DNA of 63,983 nucleotides, counting the filler, from Dimargaris cristalligena (lineage: Eukaryota): the NCBI GenBank assembly GCA_003614675.1. It is 24 parts of 24 records of this genome, joined end to end, with 100 filler letters (N's around TTAATTAATTAA, not from the genome) between each part and the next. Parts side by side here need not be neighbours in the genome. Positions count along the whole stretch, not along the records: positions 61,771 to 63,983 come from ML004260.1; 23 more parts are not named here. One strand, 5' to 3'. Shown piece after piece: positions 63,608 through 63,983 of this stretch; the stretch's first letter is position 1, and each line of letters starts with the position of its first letter. The position numbers were made by a program, and so were the translations under genes. Under the pieces are notes generated by a model. That model worked only from the letters and a program-made list of their open reading frames with translations. It was not told the origin of the DNA and made no database searches.

Positions 63608-63983
63608 TCATTTTGCTTCGTATTGGTCTTCCTCTTTTCCTTCATCGCACTTTGGCATCTCTCATCCACTTCATACCCCACCTTCCTCCCTACGCCTCGC
63701 TTTATTAATTTTTATATTGGTAGTTTCCCCATGGATGGCTCAGTCACTCCTTTATATAGGTCGTTTGTTTTAGGGTTCGTCTAAAGAAGGACACCCCCGG
63801 CGGAACAACGATTCATGCTTGCTTGACTCTCGCGCGTTACTTTTATCTCTAACTTTTGGTTGCGTTGAATTCGTGTTTTCCTCATCAACTGTATTGGAGG
63901 TAGTAGTGGTATTATTGTCATCGTTTTCTTCTATATCCTGATACATCTTTATTTTGATGCTGAATTTTATTTGCCTATGCCTT

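Noticed and set aside
1-63983. Functional clustering of neighbouring genes
   Set aside because: Contigs are ordered by length, so adjacency across linkers is meaningless

Overview
This window is not a contiguous locus. It is 24 unplaced fungal contigs of about 2.5-2.6 kb, sorted by decreasing length and joined by an artificial 100-nt linker (44 N + TTAATTAATTAA + 44 N), so neighbouring contigs carry no synteny information. Gene style (GC-rich exons, GT-AG introns) and chimeric contig ends suggest an early-diverging fungus, possibly a Zoopagomycota/Dimargaris-like mycoparasite, assembled from amplified DNA; this is inference. Host genes, mostly partial: XMAP215/Stu2, a PPR protein, a CAMK-type kinase, a Nup188-like protein, an FMP27-like protein, RPL1/uL1, ADE16/17, VPS51, CYK3, a DUF6540-like protein, a small secreted protein, tRNA-Trp and tRNA-Asp. 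Mobile DNA: three Ty3/gypsy fragments, several LTR families and a decayed Tc1, all showing C->T/G->A decay. Most notable items: (1) a 2.6-kb non-coding contig built from three conserved motifs in an ordered, mirror-symmetric array with divergent spacers; (2) an intact P-loop NTPase + restriction-endonuclease-fold (Crinkler/RHS-type) ORF; (3) a gypsy element with a dUTPase between gag and protease, reached by a -1 frameshift signal; (4) RIP-like mutation of repeats; (5) an LTR ending 10 nt upstream of a tRNA gene; (6) an AT-rich contig with triple-hairpin elements.
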